From positions 3,317,514 to 3,381,513 of the forward strand of contig NC_057753.1 of the NCBI RefSeq assembly GCF_004010195.1: a stretch of DNA of 64,000 nucleotides. The letters are read 5' to 3'. Source of the stretch: Chiloscyllium plagiosum (taxonomy: Eukaryota). The notes beneath the pieces were generated by a model. It saw only the letters and a list, made by a program, of their open reading frames with translations, did no database searches and had not been told where the DNA came from. Every line of letters begins with the position of its first letter. Position 1 is the first letter of the stretch. Positions 1 to 11,330 of this stretch are shown here, one piece after another. The position numbers and the translations under genes were made by a program.

Positions 1-151
1 ATCCCTTCCCACAGTCCCCACATTTCCATAGCTTCTGCCCAGTGGGGCTGCACTCATGTCCCGAAAGGCTAGGTGGTCGACTGAAGTCTCGTCCACACCC
101 ACAACACATGTACGGTTTCTCCGCCCTGTGAACGGTGGTCGTTCCTTTCAT
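1..151 (-). CDS. C2H2 zinc-finger protein, 5' end of CDS (continues off the left edge)
   Basis: Manual translation from ATG at 151-149 gives [50 protein letters not shown], open to the window edge. It has EKPY/TGQK linkers and CxxC pairs; the first finger is degenerate. A splice acceptor (polypyrimidine tract...tttcacAG) puts the exon start at 252. Not in the ORF track. Confidence 0.75.
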   Translation of the reverse strand, partial: MKGTTTVHRAEKPYMCCGCGRDFSRPPSLSGHECSPTGQKLWKCGDCGKG

Positions 152-606
152 AATCAAAATCCAAACCCAGGTTACAGTAAATGGTGTCTTTCAGTTAGAG
201 TTTTGATGTTTGGTTTCAGATTTCCGATTACAAATCCTCCCTTCCTTACATCCTGTGAAATTGATTCAAAATAGAGAAGGCAGTCAGAGAGAGAGTAACA
301 AAAGTAGGTTTTCACGAATGTACTTCAGAGAAGGGAACCAATCACTAAGGTCAGACCTGGGAAGATTCTGGCTACTGGGAGGGGAGAGAGGTAAGGAAGA
401 GGGAGTTTATACATCCACAGCTGTATGTAACTCAACAAGAAATTTGATAAAACTTCCTAAACCCTGAACCTCCCCCACACAGATGGACCAGGACAGCAGG
501 TATTTGTGAACATCATCACTTCCAAGTTATCTCCAAATCATACGCTTGTCTGGATGAAGCAGAAATTTCCGATTGAAAATACAATTAAATATACTGATTT
601 CCTCTT

Positions 607-1430
607 AAAGTTACAGAGATATCCAGCACAGAAACAGACCCCTTCGGACCAACCCGTCCATGCCGACCAGATCTCCAAACCTAATCTAGTCCCACCTACC
701 AGCACCCGGCCCATATCCCTCCAAACCCTTCTCATTCACATACCCATCCAGATGCCTTTTAAATGCTGTAATTGTACCAGCCCCCCCACCACTTCCTCTG
801 GCAGCTCATTCCACACAAGTACCACTCTCTGCGTGAAAACGTTCCCCTTAGGTCTCTTTCATATCTTTCCTCTCTCACCCTAAACTTATGCCCTCCAATT
901 CTGGACTCCCCCAACCCGGGGAACAGACTTTCTCTATTTATCCTGTCCATACCCCTCATGACTTTATAAACCTCTATAAGGTCGCCCCTCAGCCTCTGAC
1001 ACTCCAGGGAATACAGCCATATCCTATTCAGCCTCTCCCTATAGCTCAAACCCTGGCAACATCCTTATAAATCTTTTCTGAACCTTATCAAGTTTCGCAA
1101 CATCTTTCCAATAGGAAGACCAGAACTGCACGCAATATTCCAAAAGTGGCCTAACCAATGTCCTGTACAGCCACAACATGACCTCCCAACTCCGGTACTC
1201 AATACTCTGAACAATAAAGGAAAGCATATCAAACGCCTTCTTCACTATCCTATCTACCTGCGACTCCACTTTCAAGGAGCTATGAACCTGCACTCCAAGG
1301 TCTCTTTGTTCAGCAACACTCCCTAGGACCTTACCATTAAGTGTATAAGTCCTGCAAAGATTTGCTTTCCCAAAATGCAGCACCTCATATTTATCTGAAA
1401 TGAACTCTGTCTGCCACTCCTCAGCTCATT
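607..1430 (-). mobile_element. CR1/HER1-type LINE, 5'-truncated 3' end
   Basis: ORFs 1039-1383 and 759-1049 encode the CR1 ORF2 C-terminus (RDLGVQVH, LYRTLVRPLLEYCVQFWS, RLRGDLIEVYK), followed by the CR1 3' UTR. Confidence 0.9.
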
Positions 1431-1789
1431 CAGTCTCTTCATCACCAAGATTGTCTTTTTCCACCTCAGTAGGTTTATGCACTCCGTCCCAGTCTCTACT
1501 CATCTGCCTTTGAAGCTTCCAATCATTTGTTTGTTAGCTCCAGACCATCTCTCACATTCAACCTTCAGGTCACCCAAACTCTGCTGCATGGACCCTCACT
1601 CACACCGAGTGCTGCTTACCCATTGCCCTGTGTTCACGGCACACACAAACCCCAGCTAGGAAGCACCAAAAGATGACGATTCTCATTCCTTGCTTTCAAA
1701 TCCCTCCATGGCTGCCACCACCATTATCTCTGCAATCACCTCTGTACAGTCAGCGCTCTGAGATTAACTGGTGGAAGTAAACACACAAA

Positions 1790-1912
1790 TGAAAGCACAA
1801 TACTGCAGATCAAACAATAACTGTGAGTAGCCAGAGAAACTCAGGAGGTCTGGCAACATCTGTAGGGAGGGGAACAGTTAACGTTTTGAGTCCAATAAGA
1901 CTCTTTTTCAGC
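1790..1912 (-). mobile_element. Old Penelope-type terminal fragment with a decayed hammerhead motif
   Basis: Minus strand of 1877-1911 reads CTGAAAA-A-GAGTC-ttattg-GACTC-AAAA-CG-TT. Stem II is intact and the core is mutated. Confidence 0.55.
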
Positions 1913-2128
1913 TCTTTTTGTTTTATTTCAAAAGGAATTAACTTGTGTTTAATATAATAAAACAGGTGAACACACTGCATTTAAAATAAGCTTAATACAC
2001 ATGACTTTTATCCACAATATTAACCAGTAGAAGTGGGGTGGCGTTTATTAGTGTCAGCAGAATCAGACCCCAGAGAACATGGTTCTGTCCTAGATGCGAT
2101 GAACAACAGAATCCCATTAAAGCAGTCA

Positions 2129-2218
<90 letters not shown>

Positions 2219-2239
2219 TCAGCAGATCGGACAAAACAG

Positions 2240-2830
2240 TGAACTCGCTGCTGCTCAGTGAGGGGAAATGACTGCCTGAACCCAGTCCCACAGGGACTGA
2301 ATGGTCTCTCCTCAGTGTGAACACATTGATCTTCCCAAGAACCCTTAAACCACTGCCCACGGTTTGAGCATTTAAAAGGTGTCTCCTCCTGCAGGTGTCT
2401 CAGCACCATGGATGACTTGAGTGAATTCCTTCCCACACTCGAGACAAGGGAATGGTCTCCCTGTACTGTGAATTCATTGATGCTATGGGAGACCTGACGA
2501 CCAATGTGAATTCCTTCTCACACTTGGGGCAGGCAAACGGTCCCTCTCCCTTTCGCCCGGCAGGTGAGGTGAATGAATGAATGAATGAATGAATGAACCT
2601 CATCCCAAGCCTGGGGCAGGATAATGGTCTCTCCTGGTGTGAACTCGCTGGTGTTTGAGAAGGTTGAACAATTGAGCGAATCTCCTCCCACGATCTAGCA
2701 GGCCCCAATGAGTTTGCAGCCCATACAGCGATCTGTGTCTCTCTCTCTCCCCCCCCTCCAGTTCCCACACTCCCGCAGGCTTCTCCCTTTGTGTGACTCG
2801 TTCTGCTCCCTGACACGTTCAAAGCCCGAG
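2240..2830 (-). pseudogene. Decayed C2H2 zinc-finger remnant
   Basis: Fragments GPFACPKCEKEFT, HTEERPFS and QQRVH are spread across shifted frames and interrupted by (TGAA)n at about 2570-2597. Confidence 0.7.
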
Positions 2831-2989
2831 GGGATTGAAGGATGCAAACTGGGCAGCTCCACTAGAAACCAGCTCGGTTCGAGCTTCCTGACTGCCAAGC
2901 CTTACCAGCCAGCGGTTGGCGTGCTCCCAGTGTCAGGGGAGAGGGGACAGGCGTGCAGAGAGAGCTGCAGTGGGAGGGGTCCAGGGACA

Positions 2990-3365
2990 AGACAACAGGC
3001 TCTGCATTGGCCGCGCATGCGCGCTGCCGCCGGTTGACGCTGCAAACATGGCGGCGGCGGCCCCCCGCCCGCTCGAGCGAGTGGGCCCGGACGACCGGCC
3101 GGAGAAACCCCCCGCGGCCGCGAACCCCCGGGGTGGGGGGGGGGGACCTGCAGCTTCTCCTTCGGGAGTCTCAGCGTCTCGCTAGCTGCTCACGAAGGCG
3201 CCCCGCCCCTTCCCTCCCCTCCCCTCGCAGCCCTGAAGCCGCGGTGGCCCCCGGCGACAGAGAGAAAACAAGCAACGAACCTCTCCGCGGCGTCGCCGGC
3301 ACTGCGCATGCTCTCCCGGTCACCACGGCAACCCCGGGGGGTGGGGTTACTTGACGGCCGCCCTT
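2990..3365. promoter_or_regulatory. CpG-island promoter, probably of the minus-strand ZNF gene
   Basis: CpG-rich, with NRF1-type GCGCATGCGC (~3013) and ACTGCGCATGCTC (3301), and YY1-type AACATGGCGGC (~3045). Candidate minus-strand donors are TTC|GTGAGC (exon end 3194) and CTG|GTAAGG (exon end 2906). Confidence 0.7.
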
Positions 3366-3900
3366 CACCAATAGGAAGCGGGTTGGCGGGGCGGGCCTGG
3401 AGGACCGCGAGACCGGGGCTGATCTGCCAACCAATCGGAGTGAATGGGGTGGGAAGGCGGGGCTGGAGGACCGCCCGGCCGCGGCTGGTCTTCCAACCAA
3501 TAGGAGTGAGCGGCGGGGCGGGGCTAGAGGACCGCTCGGCCGCGGCTGGTCTTCCAACCAATAGGAGTGAATGGCGGGGCGGAGCTGGAGGACTGCCCGC
3601 TCGTGGCTGGTCTTCCAACCAATAGGAGTGAACGGCAGGGCGGGGCTAGAGGACCGCCCGGCCGTGGCTGGTCTTCCAACTAATAGGAGTGAATGGCGGG
3701 GCGGGGCTGGAGGACCGCTCGGCCGCGGCTGGTCTTCCAACCAATAGGAGTGAATGGCGGGGCGGAGCTGGAGGACCGCTCGGCCGCGGCTGGTCTTCCA
3801 ACCAATAGGAGTGAATGGCGGGGCGGAGCTGGAGGACTGCCCGCTCGTGGCTGGTCTTCCAACCAATGGGAGTGAACGGGGGTGGGGGAATGGGGCTGGA
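3366..3900 (+). repeat. 61-bp minisatellite (~9 units), each unit with a CCAAT box and a GC box
   Basis: CCAAT at 3368, 3431, 3497, 3558, 3619, 3680 (CTAAT variant), 3741, 3802 and 3863. The period is exactly 61 from 3497. Most units contain GGGGCGG(G/A)G. Confidence 0.95.
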
Positions 3901-4230
3901 AGAGCTGGACCTCTCTGCTTGAGGCTTTGAGCAGATGGAGCACCGTGGGAGTGGAGCAAACCTTTGTAAAGTCCAACTCGTTTATGCAACCCAGATATCC
4001 TATCCTAATTTATCCCATTTTGCCAGCATTTGGCCCATATCCCTCTAAACCCTTCTTAATCATATACCCATCTAGAGTGTTGTGTGATTTTTAATTTTGT
4101 GCACCCCAGTCCAACACTGGCATCTCCAAATCATCGAGGAGAAAATGAGGTCTGCAGATGCTGGAGATCAAAGTTGAAACTTTATTGCTGGAACAGCACA
4201 GCAGGTCAGGCAGCATCCAGGGAACAGGAG

Positions 4231-4266
4231 ATTCGACGTTTCGGGCACAGGCCCTTCTTCAGGAAT
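4231..4266 (-). ncRNA. Minimal type I hammerhead ribozyme motif (Penelope-associated)
   Basis: Reads ATTC-CTGAAGA-A-GGGC-ctgt-GCCC-GAAA-CG-TC-GAAT: stem I ATTC/GAAT, core CUGANGA/GAAA, and a GUC cleavage triplet. Confidence 0.8.
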
Positions 4267-4630
4267 GAGCAGAGAGTGTTCAGCAGGAGAAGATAAAAGG
4301 TAGGGAGGAGGGACTTGGAGGAGGGGCGTTGGAAATGTGATAGGTGGAAAGAGGTCAAGGTGAGGGTGATAGGTCGGAGTAGGATGGAGGCGGAGAGGTC
4401 AAGAAGAAGACTGCAGGTCAGGAAGGCGGTCTCAACCTTGTCTCAGCCGGATCCCTCCAGCCCGGCACCGCCTTCCTGACCTGCAGTCTTCTTCTTGTCC
4501 TCTCCGTCTCCATCCTACTCCGACCTATCACCCTCACCTTGACCTCTTTCCACCTATCACATTTCCAACGCCCCTCCTCCAAGTCCCTCCTCCCTACCTT
4601 TTATCTTCTCCTGCTGAACACTCTCTGCTC

Positions 4631-4666
4631 ATTCCTGAAGAAGGGCCTGTGCCCGAAACGTCGAAT
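4631..4666 (+). ncRNA. Minimal type I hammerhead ribozyme motif
   Basis: Same 36-mer as 4231-4266, on the + strand. Confidence 0.8.
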
Positions 4667-4924
4667 CTCCTGTTCCCTGGATGCTGCCTGACCTGCTGTG
4701 CTGTTCCAGCAATAAAGTTTCAACTCCAAATCATGACCATCTAGATGCCTTTGCAATGTTGCAATTGTCCCAGCCTCTACCACTTCCCCGGCAGCTCATT
4801 CCATACACGCGGCGCCCTCTGCGTGAAAAGGTTGCCCTTATGTCCCTTTTAAATATTTCCCCTCTCACCTTAAACCTATGCCCTCTAGTTCAGGACTCGC
4901 CCACCCCAGGGAAAAGAATTTATC

Positions 4925-5150
4925 TCAAGAGTATGGCGCTGGAAAAGCTCAGTCGGTCAGGTAGCATCTGAGGATCAGGGGAGTCGATGTTACGGGCATC
5001 AGCCCTTTGTCAGGAATGAGGTCAAGAAATCAAGATTCCTGATGATGAGCTTATGCCTGAAATGTTGATTCTCCTGCTCCCTGGTTGCTGCCTGACCTGC
5101 TGTGCGTTTCCAGCACCACACTTTAAACTCTGATCTCCAGCATCTGTAGG
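4925..5150. mobile_element. Short inverted Penelope-terminal remnant with two decayed hammerheads
   Basis: Degenerate motifs at about 4982-5017 (-) and 5035-5070 (+), each flanked by the shared GCTGCCTGACCTGCTG-type terminal sequence. Confidence 0.75.
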
Positions 5151-5696
5151 CCATTTACCCTATGCAGGCCCCTCATGATTTTATAAACCTCTATAAGGTC
5201 ACCCCTCTGACGCTCCAGGGAAAACAGCCCCAGCCGATTCATCCTCTCCCGGTAGCTCATACCCTCCAACCCTGGGAACATCCTTGTAAATCTTTTGTGA
5301 ACCCTTTGAAGTTACACAACACAGAAGGGAGATCAGAATTGCACACAATATTCCAAAAGTGGCCTAACCAATGTCCTGTACAGCCGCAATGTGACCTTCA
5401 AGATCTCCAATTAAAATAGAGTCATAGTCATAGAGTTGTACAGCACGGAAACAGATCCTTCGGTCCAACTTGTCCATGCCGACCAGGTGGGACCATAGTA
5501 AAATAATGGACAAATAATTCAAAAGCTTACCGAAAGGAATAATAGGGAGACAGGGTGTGTCACTATCAGATCAAGAAATAAACCATCTTCTCTATTTTGC
5601 ATGTGAGCAAAGTAGACCCACATTGTCCTTTGGGCACTTTCTTTTGCATCTGTATTACCCCCACTGCTACTCTGGGCATTTGCTGTAGGCAGCATT

Positions 5697-5910
5697 GAGA
5701 GTGTGATGCTGGAAAAGCGCATTAGGTCAGGTAGCATTTGAGGAGCAGGCGAATCAACGTTTCGGGCAAAAGCCCTTCATCAGGAATGGGGGGGCATGTG
5801 CCCGAGGTTTCAGTTCTCCTGCTCCTCGGATGCTGCCTGACCTGCTGTGCTTTTCCAGCACCACACTTGCAACTCTGATCTCCAGCATCTACAGTCCTCG
5901 CTTCCTCCTC
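5697..5910. mobile_element. Short inverted Penelope-terminal remnant
   Basis: Same terminal sequence family present in both orientations. Confidence 0.75.
5752..5787 (-). ncRNA. Minimal hammerhead ribozyme motif (GUU site)
   Basis: Reads ATTC-CTGATGA-A-GGGC-tttt-GCCC-GAAA-CG-TT-GATT. Confidence 0.7.
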
Positions 5911-6507
5911 TTTTGCTCCAGGCACCTTTAAAACATTTTGCACTCAATTTTCGTCACCGACCAACAGCACAGAAACCACCATTTTCCAGCCGCGCTCAGT
6001 TTTGAAGTAGCACCAGACTGCACTTGAAATGTTAACTGTCTTTCTCTCTCCAGACATCCTGCCACATCGGCTGAGTTTTCTCATGCTCTGTTTTTATTTC
6101 AGATTTCCAGCATCCACCATTTTTAAATTGATCTCTGGTTTGCTGGTAACAGTAGGGGAAGGGAGGGGGATGGTAGGGGGGATATGCTGGGCCATGCCAT
6201 TACTGATTGTATTTTGAGTAGAATTCTGATACAGCTGATGGCTGGCAGTGCTTCATGAATGCCTGACTTTGAGTCACTAGATCTGTTCGAAATATATCCC
6301 TGATTGGATAGGGTTAATAGCCCCAATCAGGGAACTCACATTCTATGTGATTCACCTGACCGACCTCATTCAAATTACTACCTTCCCCAACTCAGTCCTG
6401 GGACGTAGGTCTGTTCTCTTTCCTGTCGCTTCCCCTAGGGTATTTTTGCACGAAACTCAGTTCCTCAGACACAGCCTTGCATACTGGGCGGCTTGTATCG
6501 GACCATT

Positions 6508-6857
6508 GGGGGTGCCACAGTGGTTAGCACTGCAGCCTCACGGCACCAGGGTCCCAGGTTCGATACCAGCCTCGGGGGCGACTGTCTGTGTGGAGTTCGT
6601 ATGTTCTCCCCGTGTCTGCGTGGGTTTCCTCCGGGTGCTCTGGTTTCCTCCCACAGTCCAAAAGATGTGCAGGTCAGGATGGATTGGCCACGCTAAATTG
6701 CCCCATAGTGTTGAGGGATGTGCAGATTAGTTGCATTAGGCTGGAGAAAACACAAACGTAATAGGGCTGGGGAGCAGCTTTGGGTGGGATACTCTCTGGA
6801 GGGTGGGTGTGGACTTATTGGGCCGAAGGGCCTGTTTCCATACTGTAGGGATTCTAT
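6508..6857 (+). mobile_element. HE1-like tRNA-derived V-SINE
   Basis: tRNA-like head (AGTGGTTAGC; GGTTCGATACC B-box), central GGGTTTCCTCCGGGTGCTC domain, and a CR1-like tail GGGCCGAAGGGCCTGTTTCC. Confidence 0.85.
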
Positions 6858-7497
6858 GTGCTGTTGGGATTCTATTGCCTGTCCCTTGTACCTAGTTTGT
6901 CTAAGCTGCAACTCATCTCCTTCAGGTGGTAATGTCTGCTATGTCCATCTCACCCTCAGAGGTTTCTTCAACGTTAGGCAGAAGGGAAGTACCCGAGGGC
7001 ACAGACCTTGCTGGATGAGCTGAGTATGTTTTGCTGCTGCCCAAGTGCTTTTGTATAGTCCACGCGATCCTTCAGGACGGTCTCTCCGCCCCGATTATTG
7101 CACGTCACTGGACCTGACCCCGCGTCGACTGCGCCTCCTACCCACGCAGAGCCCTTCCAGTGGTTTCGACAGCAAACCTCATCCCCTGAATTGAACTGCT
7201 TTTCGCTCAGAGGAGTCTTGTGTCTGGCGTTGGAGTTCCTGATGCTCTTTCACTCCCTCTCCCCCACCAACAAGGAACAGGAAGGTCAGATTTGACCAGG
7301 AACAGAAACCTCTCTACCATGATCACTTCTGCTGGAGCTATCCCTGCCGCTGGGCCCCACCTCTGCATCGCTGCAATCAGCAACCAGACCCAACCAACCA
7401 TGATGTCGTCCCGTCCTCCGGTGCCAGCTCGCCGACATTACCTCAGCCGAAGTAGAGGCCGCCGATTCCAGGTCATGCGCTCGCTCTGGAGTAGATC

Positions 7498-7783
7498 AGA
7501 TTATCTACAGTGTGGAAACAGACCCTTCGGCCCAACAAGTCCACACCAACCCTCCGAAGATTAACCCACCCAGACCTAGTTCCCTCTGACTAATGCACCT
7601 AACACTACGGGCGATTTAGCATGGCCAATTCACCCTGAGCTGCACATCTTTGGACTGTGAGAGGAAACCGGAGCACCCGGAGGAAACCCACGCCGACACG
7701 GAGGGAAAGTACAAACTCCACACAGACAGTCGCCCCGAGGCTGGAATCGAACCTGGGACCCTGGTGCTGGGAGGCAGCAGTGC
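7498..7783 (-). mobile_element. HE1-like SINE
   Basis: Reverse complement of the same consensus. Confidence 0.85.
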
Positions 7784-8509
7784 CTCTCCTCAGGGCCAGC
7801 TCGAGGTCTGTGGTAGGCCCAGCTGAGGCCTATGCCCCTGGGCCCGGCTCGAGTCCACTTGAGGACCCCACGCTGTGATCTCGCAGCTGTCGATGCCCTC
7901 CAAGCTCAGGACAAGGGAAGTCACTGACAACGAGGAAAAGAGATGGAAAAAGAAATAGCAATTGGAACCGAGAAACTGCAGCACTGAGGCCCTGTTCCAC
8001 CGCCAGATTGATTCCTGAGCTGAAAGTCTTGCCTTGTGAAAGGAGATTGAGCACTTTAGGCCCTTACTCCCTGGAAGCTGGAAGAATGAGAGGAGATTGG
8101 AGTGAGCTATATTAGTTGCGGAAGGGATTGACAAAATTGACAGAGAAAGGATGTTTTCATGTATGGTACTTTCGGAAGAGCAGGAATGCCAAATTCCAAT
8201 GTTTGTCTGTTCTTCATGTGCAAAGACTGGACAGAACTGCTTCAGTAACTGTGAATGTATATTGGGATTTTTTTTAAAGAATAAAGTTTATTTTTGCAAT
8301 TCAAAAGCGCTCCCTATCTGTTTAAGGTGTTGTGCTTGTACGCGTGTATGTCTGTGTATGTGTGCGTGTGTGTGTGTTAGTGTTAGTATTTCAAGCCTCT
8401 TGTTTATTATTGTCCTATGATTTGTTTGTGTTGTGATGTTGTGCAGCATGTTTCGGATGGGGAGCTGGTGCAAATAATCCTGGGCTCTTGCTGTGTAATT
8501 TGGTTTCAA

Positions 8510-9560
8510 AATTGTTCTCGGGTCCCGAGGCGGAAGATGAGGCTTTCATCCTCCAGTTGGCGGGTGGATTTGGTTTGGCAGTGGAGGAGGCCCAGGACTT
8601 TCATGTCCTTGGGGGAGTGGGAGCGGGAGTTGAAGCGATCGGACACAGGGCAGTGGGGTTTTTCGGTGCGGGTGTCCCAGAGATGGTCCCTGAGCCGCTC
8701 TACGAATTGCCGTCCTGACTCTCCGATGTAGAGGAGACCACATCGAGAGCACAGTCGATGAGGTGGTGGAGGTGCAGGAGGTGAGGGCGGAGGCAAGGGA
8801 AGATGCTGGGTGTGGAGGGTGGGTTTGTGGGGCGTGGACCCAACGAGGGAGTCGCAGAGGGAATGGTCTGTGCAGAACACAGATAGGGGTGGGGAGGGAA
8901 ATATATCCCTGGTGGTGGGGTCTGACTGGAGGTGATTGAGTATAAAGTGCTGTATGCGGAGATTAGTAGGGTGGAAGGTGAGGACCAGGGGTTGGTTCTA
9001 TCCTTGTCATAATTACGGGTGGGGTCCGAATTGGAGGTGTGGGAAGTGGAGGAAATGCAATAGAGAGCATTGTTGGTCACATGGGAGGAGACATTGCAGT
9101 CCTTGAAACAGGAGACCATCTGAGATGTCATGGAGTGGAATTGCTCCTCCTGGGAGCAGATGTGGCCAAGATGGAGGCGTTGGGAACAAGGGATGGAGTT
9201 CTTACAGGAGGCAGGGTGGGAGGACGTGCAGGCCAGGTCGCTGGGGGAGTCGATGGGTTTGTAGAAGATTTCCGTATTGAGTAGTTCGCCAGAGACAGAG
9301 ATGGAGAGGTCCAGGAAGGGGAGGGAGGTGTCTGAGGTGGTCCAGGTGAACCTAAGGTCGGGGTGGAAGGTGTTGGTGAACTGCTCAACCTCCTCGTGGG
9401 AGCACGAAGTGGCGACGATACAGTCATCTGCGTAGCGGAGAAAAAGCTGGGGAATGGTGCTGGTTTAATTGTTGAAGAGAGTCTGTTCCATGTATCCAAT
9501 GAAGGGGCAGTCCTATCTGGGGCCCATGCAGGTGCCTATAGCTATCTCAGGTCGGTAGGA
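8510..9560 (-). mobile_element. Penelope-like element, decayed RT C-terminus and GIY-YIG endonuclease
   Basis: ORF 8506-8880 contains CSRCGLLYIGESGRQFVERLRDH...LEDESLIFRLGT (GIY-YIG). RT/thumb fragments lie upstream in shifted frames. Confidence 0.85.
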
Positions 9561-10690
9561 ACAATAGAATAGAACTATAGAATCCCTACAGTGTGGAAAC
9601 AGGCCCTTCAGCCCAACAAGTCTACACCGTTTCTCTGAAGAGTATTCCTCCCAAACCTATCCCCCTACCCTATTATTGTTACCCCGGACTAATGCACCTA
9701 ACCTACATATCCCTGAACACTATGGGCAACTTAGCATGGCCAATCCATCCTAACCTGCACATCTTTGGACTGTGAGAGGAAACCGGAGCACCCGGAGGCA
9801 ACCCAAGCAGACACAGGGAGAATGTGCAAACTCCACACAGATATTCGTTTGAGGCTGGAATTGAACCCGGGTGCCTGGTGCTGTGAGGCAGCAGGAAGTG
9901 GAATGATTTGAAAGAGACTGTCTGTGTGGAGTTTGCACATTCTCCCCGTGTCTGCGTAGGTTTTCTCCAGGTGCTCCGGTTTCCTCCCACAATCCAACAA
10001 TGTGCAGGTTAGGATGAATTAATCATGCTAAATTGCTGGAAGGTGTTGGTGAACTGCTCAACCTCCTCGTGGGAGCACGAAGTGGCGACGATACAGTCAT
10101 CTGTGTAGCGGAGAAAAAGCTGGGGAATGGTGCTGGTGTAATTGTGGAAGAGAATCTGTTCCATGTATCCAATGAAGGAGCAGTCCTATCTGGGGCCCAT
10201 AGCTACCTCGGGTCTGTAGGAACAATAGAATAGAACTATAGAATCCCTACAGTGTGGAAACAGGCCCTTCAGCCCAACAACCGTTTCTCTGAAGAGTATT
10301 CCTCCCAAACCTATCCCCCTACCCTATTATTGTTACCCCGGACTAATGCACCTAACCTACATATCCCTGAACACTATGGGCAACTTAGCATGACCAATCC
10401 ATCCTAACCTGCACATCTTTGGACTGTGAGAGGAAACCGGAGCACCCGGAGGCAACCCACGCAGACACGGGGAGAATGTGCAAACTCCACTCAGATATTC
10501 GTTTGAGGCTGGAATCGAACCCGGGTGCCTGGTCCTGTGAGGCAGCAGGATGTGGAATGATTTGAAAGAGACCGTCTGTGTGGAGTTTGCATATTCTCCC
10601 CATGTGTCCGTCGGTTTTCTGCAGGTACTCCGGTTTCCTCCCACAATCCAACAATGTGCAGGTTAGGATGAATTAATCATGCTAAATTGC
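9364..10690. repeat. Tandem duplication, 673 bp + 654 bp
   Basis: 9364-10036 is repeated at 10037-10690. The second copy lacks 12-bp and 7-bp segments. Each unit is a PLE fragment, a minus SINE and a plus SINE fragment. Confidence 0.92.
9579..9894 (-). mobile_element. HE1-like SINE (duplicate at about 10240-10548)
   Basis: SINE consensus on the minus strand, followed by an inverted plus-strand SINE fragment at 9916-10036. Confidence 0.85.
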
Positions 10691-10836
10691 CCAGAGTGTT
10701 CAGGGATGTGTAGGTTAATGCATTAGTCAGGCGTAAATGTAGAGTAATGGGGAATGGGTTTGGGTGGGATACTCTTCGGACGGTCGGTGTGGACTTGTTG
10801 GGCCAAAGGGCCTGTTTCCACGCTGTAAGGATTCTA
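10570..10836 (+). mobile_element. HE1-like SINE, 5'-truncated
   Basis: V-domain and tail match the other copies. Confidence 0.85.
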
Positions 10837-10844
10837 TACAAACA

Positions 10845-11330
10845 AATAGCAAAAGTTGTTGAGGGTGTGAACCAATTCCGCCAATCGAACGAGAATATCG
10901 GTGCAGGGGTACTGGTTGGGTCGGCAGGAGAGGAAGAAACAGAGGGCTTATCGGCCTTTGTCATGGGGAATGGAGGTGTAGCGGGGCTGGATGTCAGTGG
11001 TGAAGATGAGATGTTGGGGCAAGGGACCCAAACAGCATGGCGGAGCTGGATGACGTAGATGGTGTCCTGGATGTATGTGGGGAGTTCGTCGACCAGGGGG
11101 ACCAGGACGGAGTTGAGATATGAGGAGATGAGTTTGGTGGGAAAGGAGCAGGCTGAGATATTGTGCTGACCAGGGCAGTCAGGTTTGTGAATCTTAGAAA
11201 GGAGGTAGAATCGGGCGGTGCAGGGTTGGGGAACTATGAGGTTGGAGGCTGTGGATGAGAGATCCACTGAGGTGATGAGGTTGTGGATGGTCTGGGCGAT
11301 TATGGTTTGGTGATGGGCAGTGGGATCCTT
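10845..11330 (-). mobile_element. Penelope-like RT, N-terminal part
   Basis: ORF 10677-11267 contains ARFYLLSKIHKPDCPG...PTYIQDT, the PLE RT motif PKIHK variant. Confidence 0.8.

Larger units (their letters stand above)
4135..4725. mobile_element. Young inverted Penelope-like terminal insertion (259-bp arms)
   Basis: Arms 4172-4430 and 4467-4725 are reverse complements with 2 mismatches seen and a 36-bp spacer. A flanking direct repeat CTCCAAATCAT lies at 4124-4134 and 4724-4734. Confidence 0.9.
3965..5395 (-). mobile_element. CR1 LINE 3' portion interrupted by nested Penelope-type insertions
   Basis: CR1 pieces at about 3965-4076, 4737-4915 and 5150-5395 are collinear with the copy at 607-1430. 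Confidence 0.8.

Noticed and set aside
3366..3900. CRISPR-like periodicity
   Set aside because: The whole unit repeats with no unique spacers, no cas genes are present, and the context is eukaryotic.
3171..3989. 272-aa repetitive ORF and overlapping ORFs
   Set aside because: By-products of the GC-rich 61-bp repeat; all frames recycle the same peptides.
6508..6575. tRNA-like sequences at SINE heads
   Set aside because: They run into the SINE body and lack a complete cloverleaf, so they are not tRNA genes.
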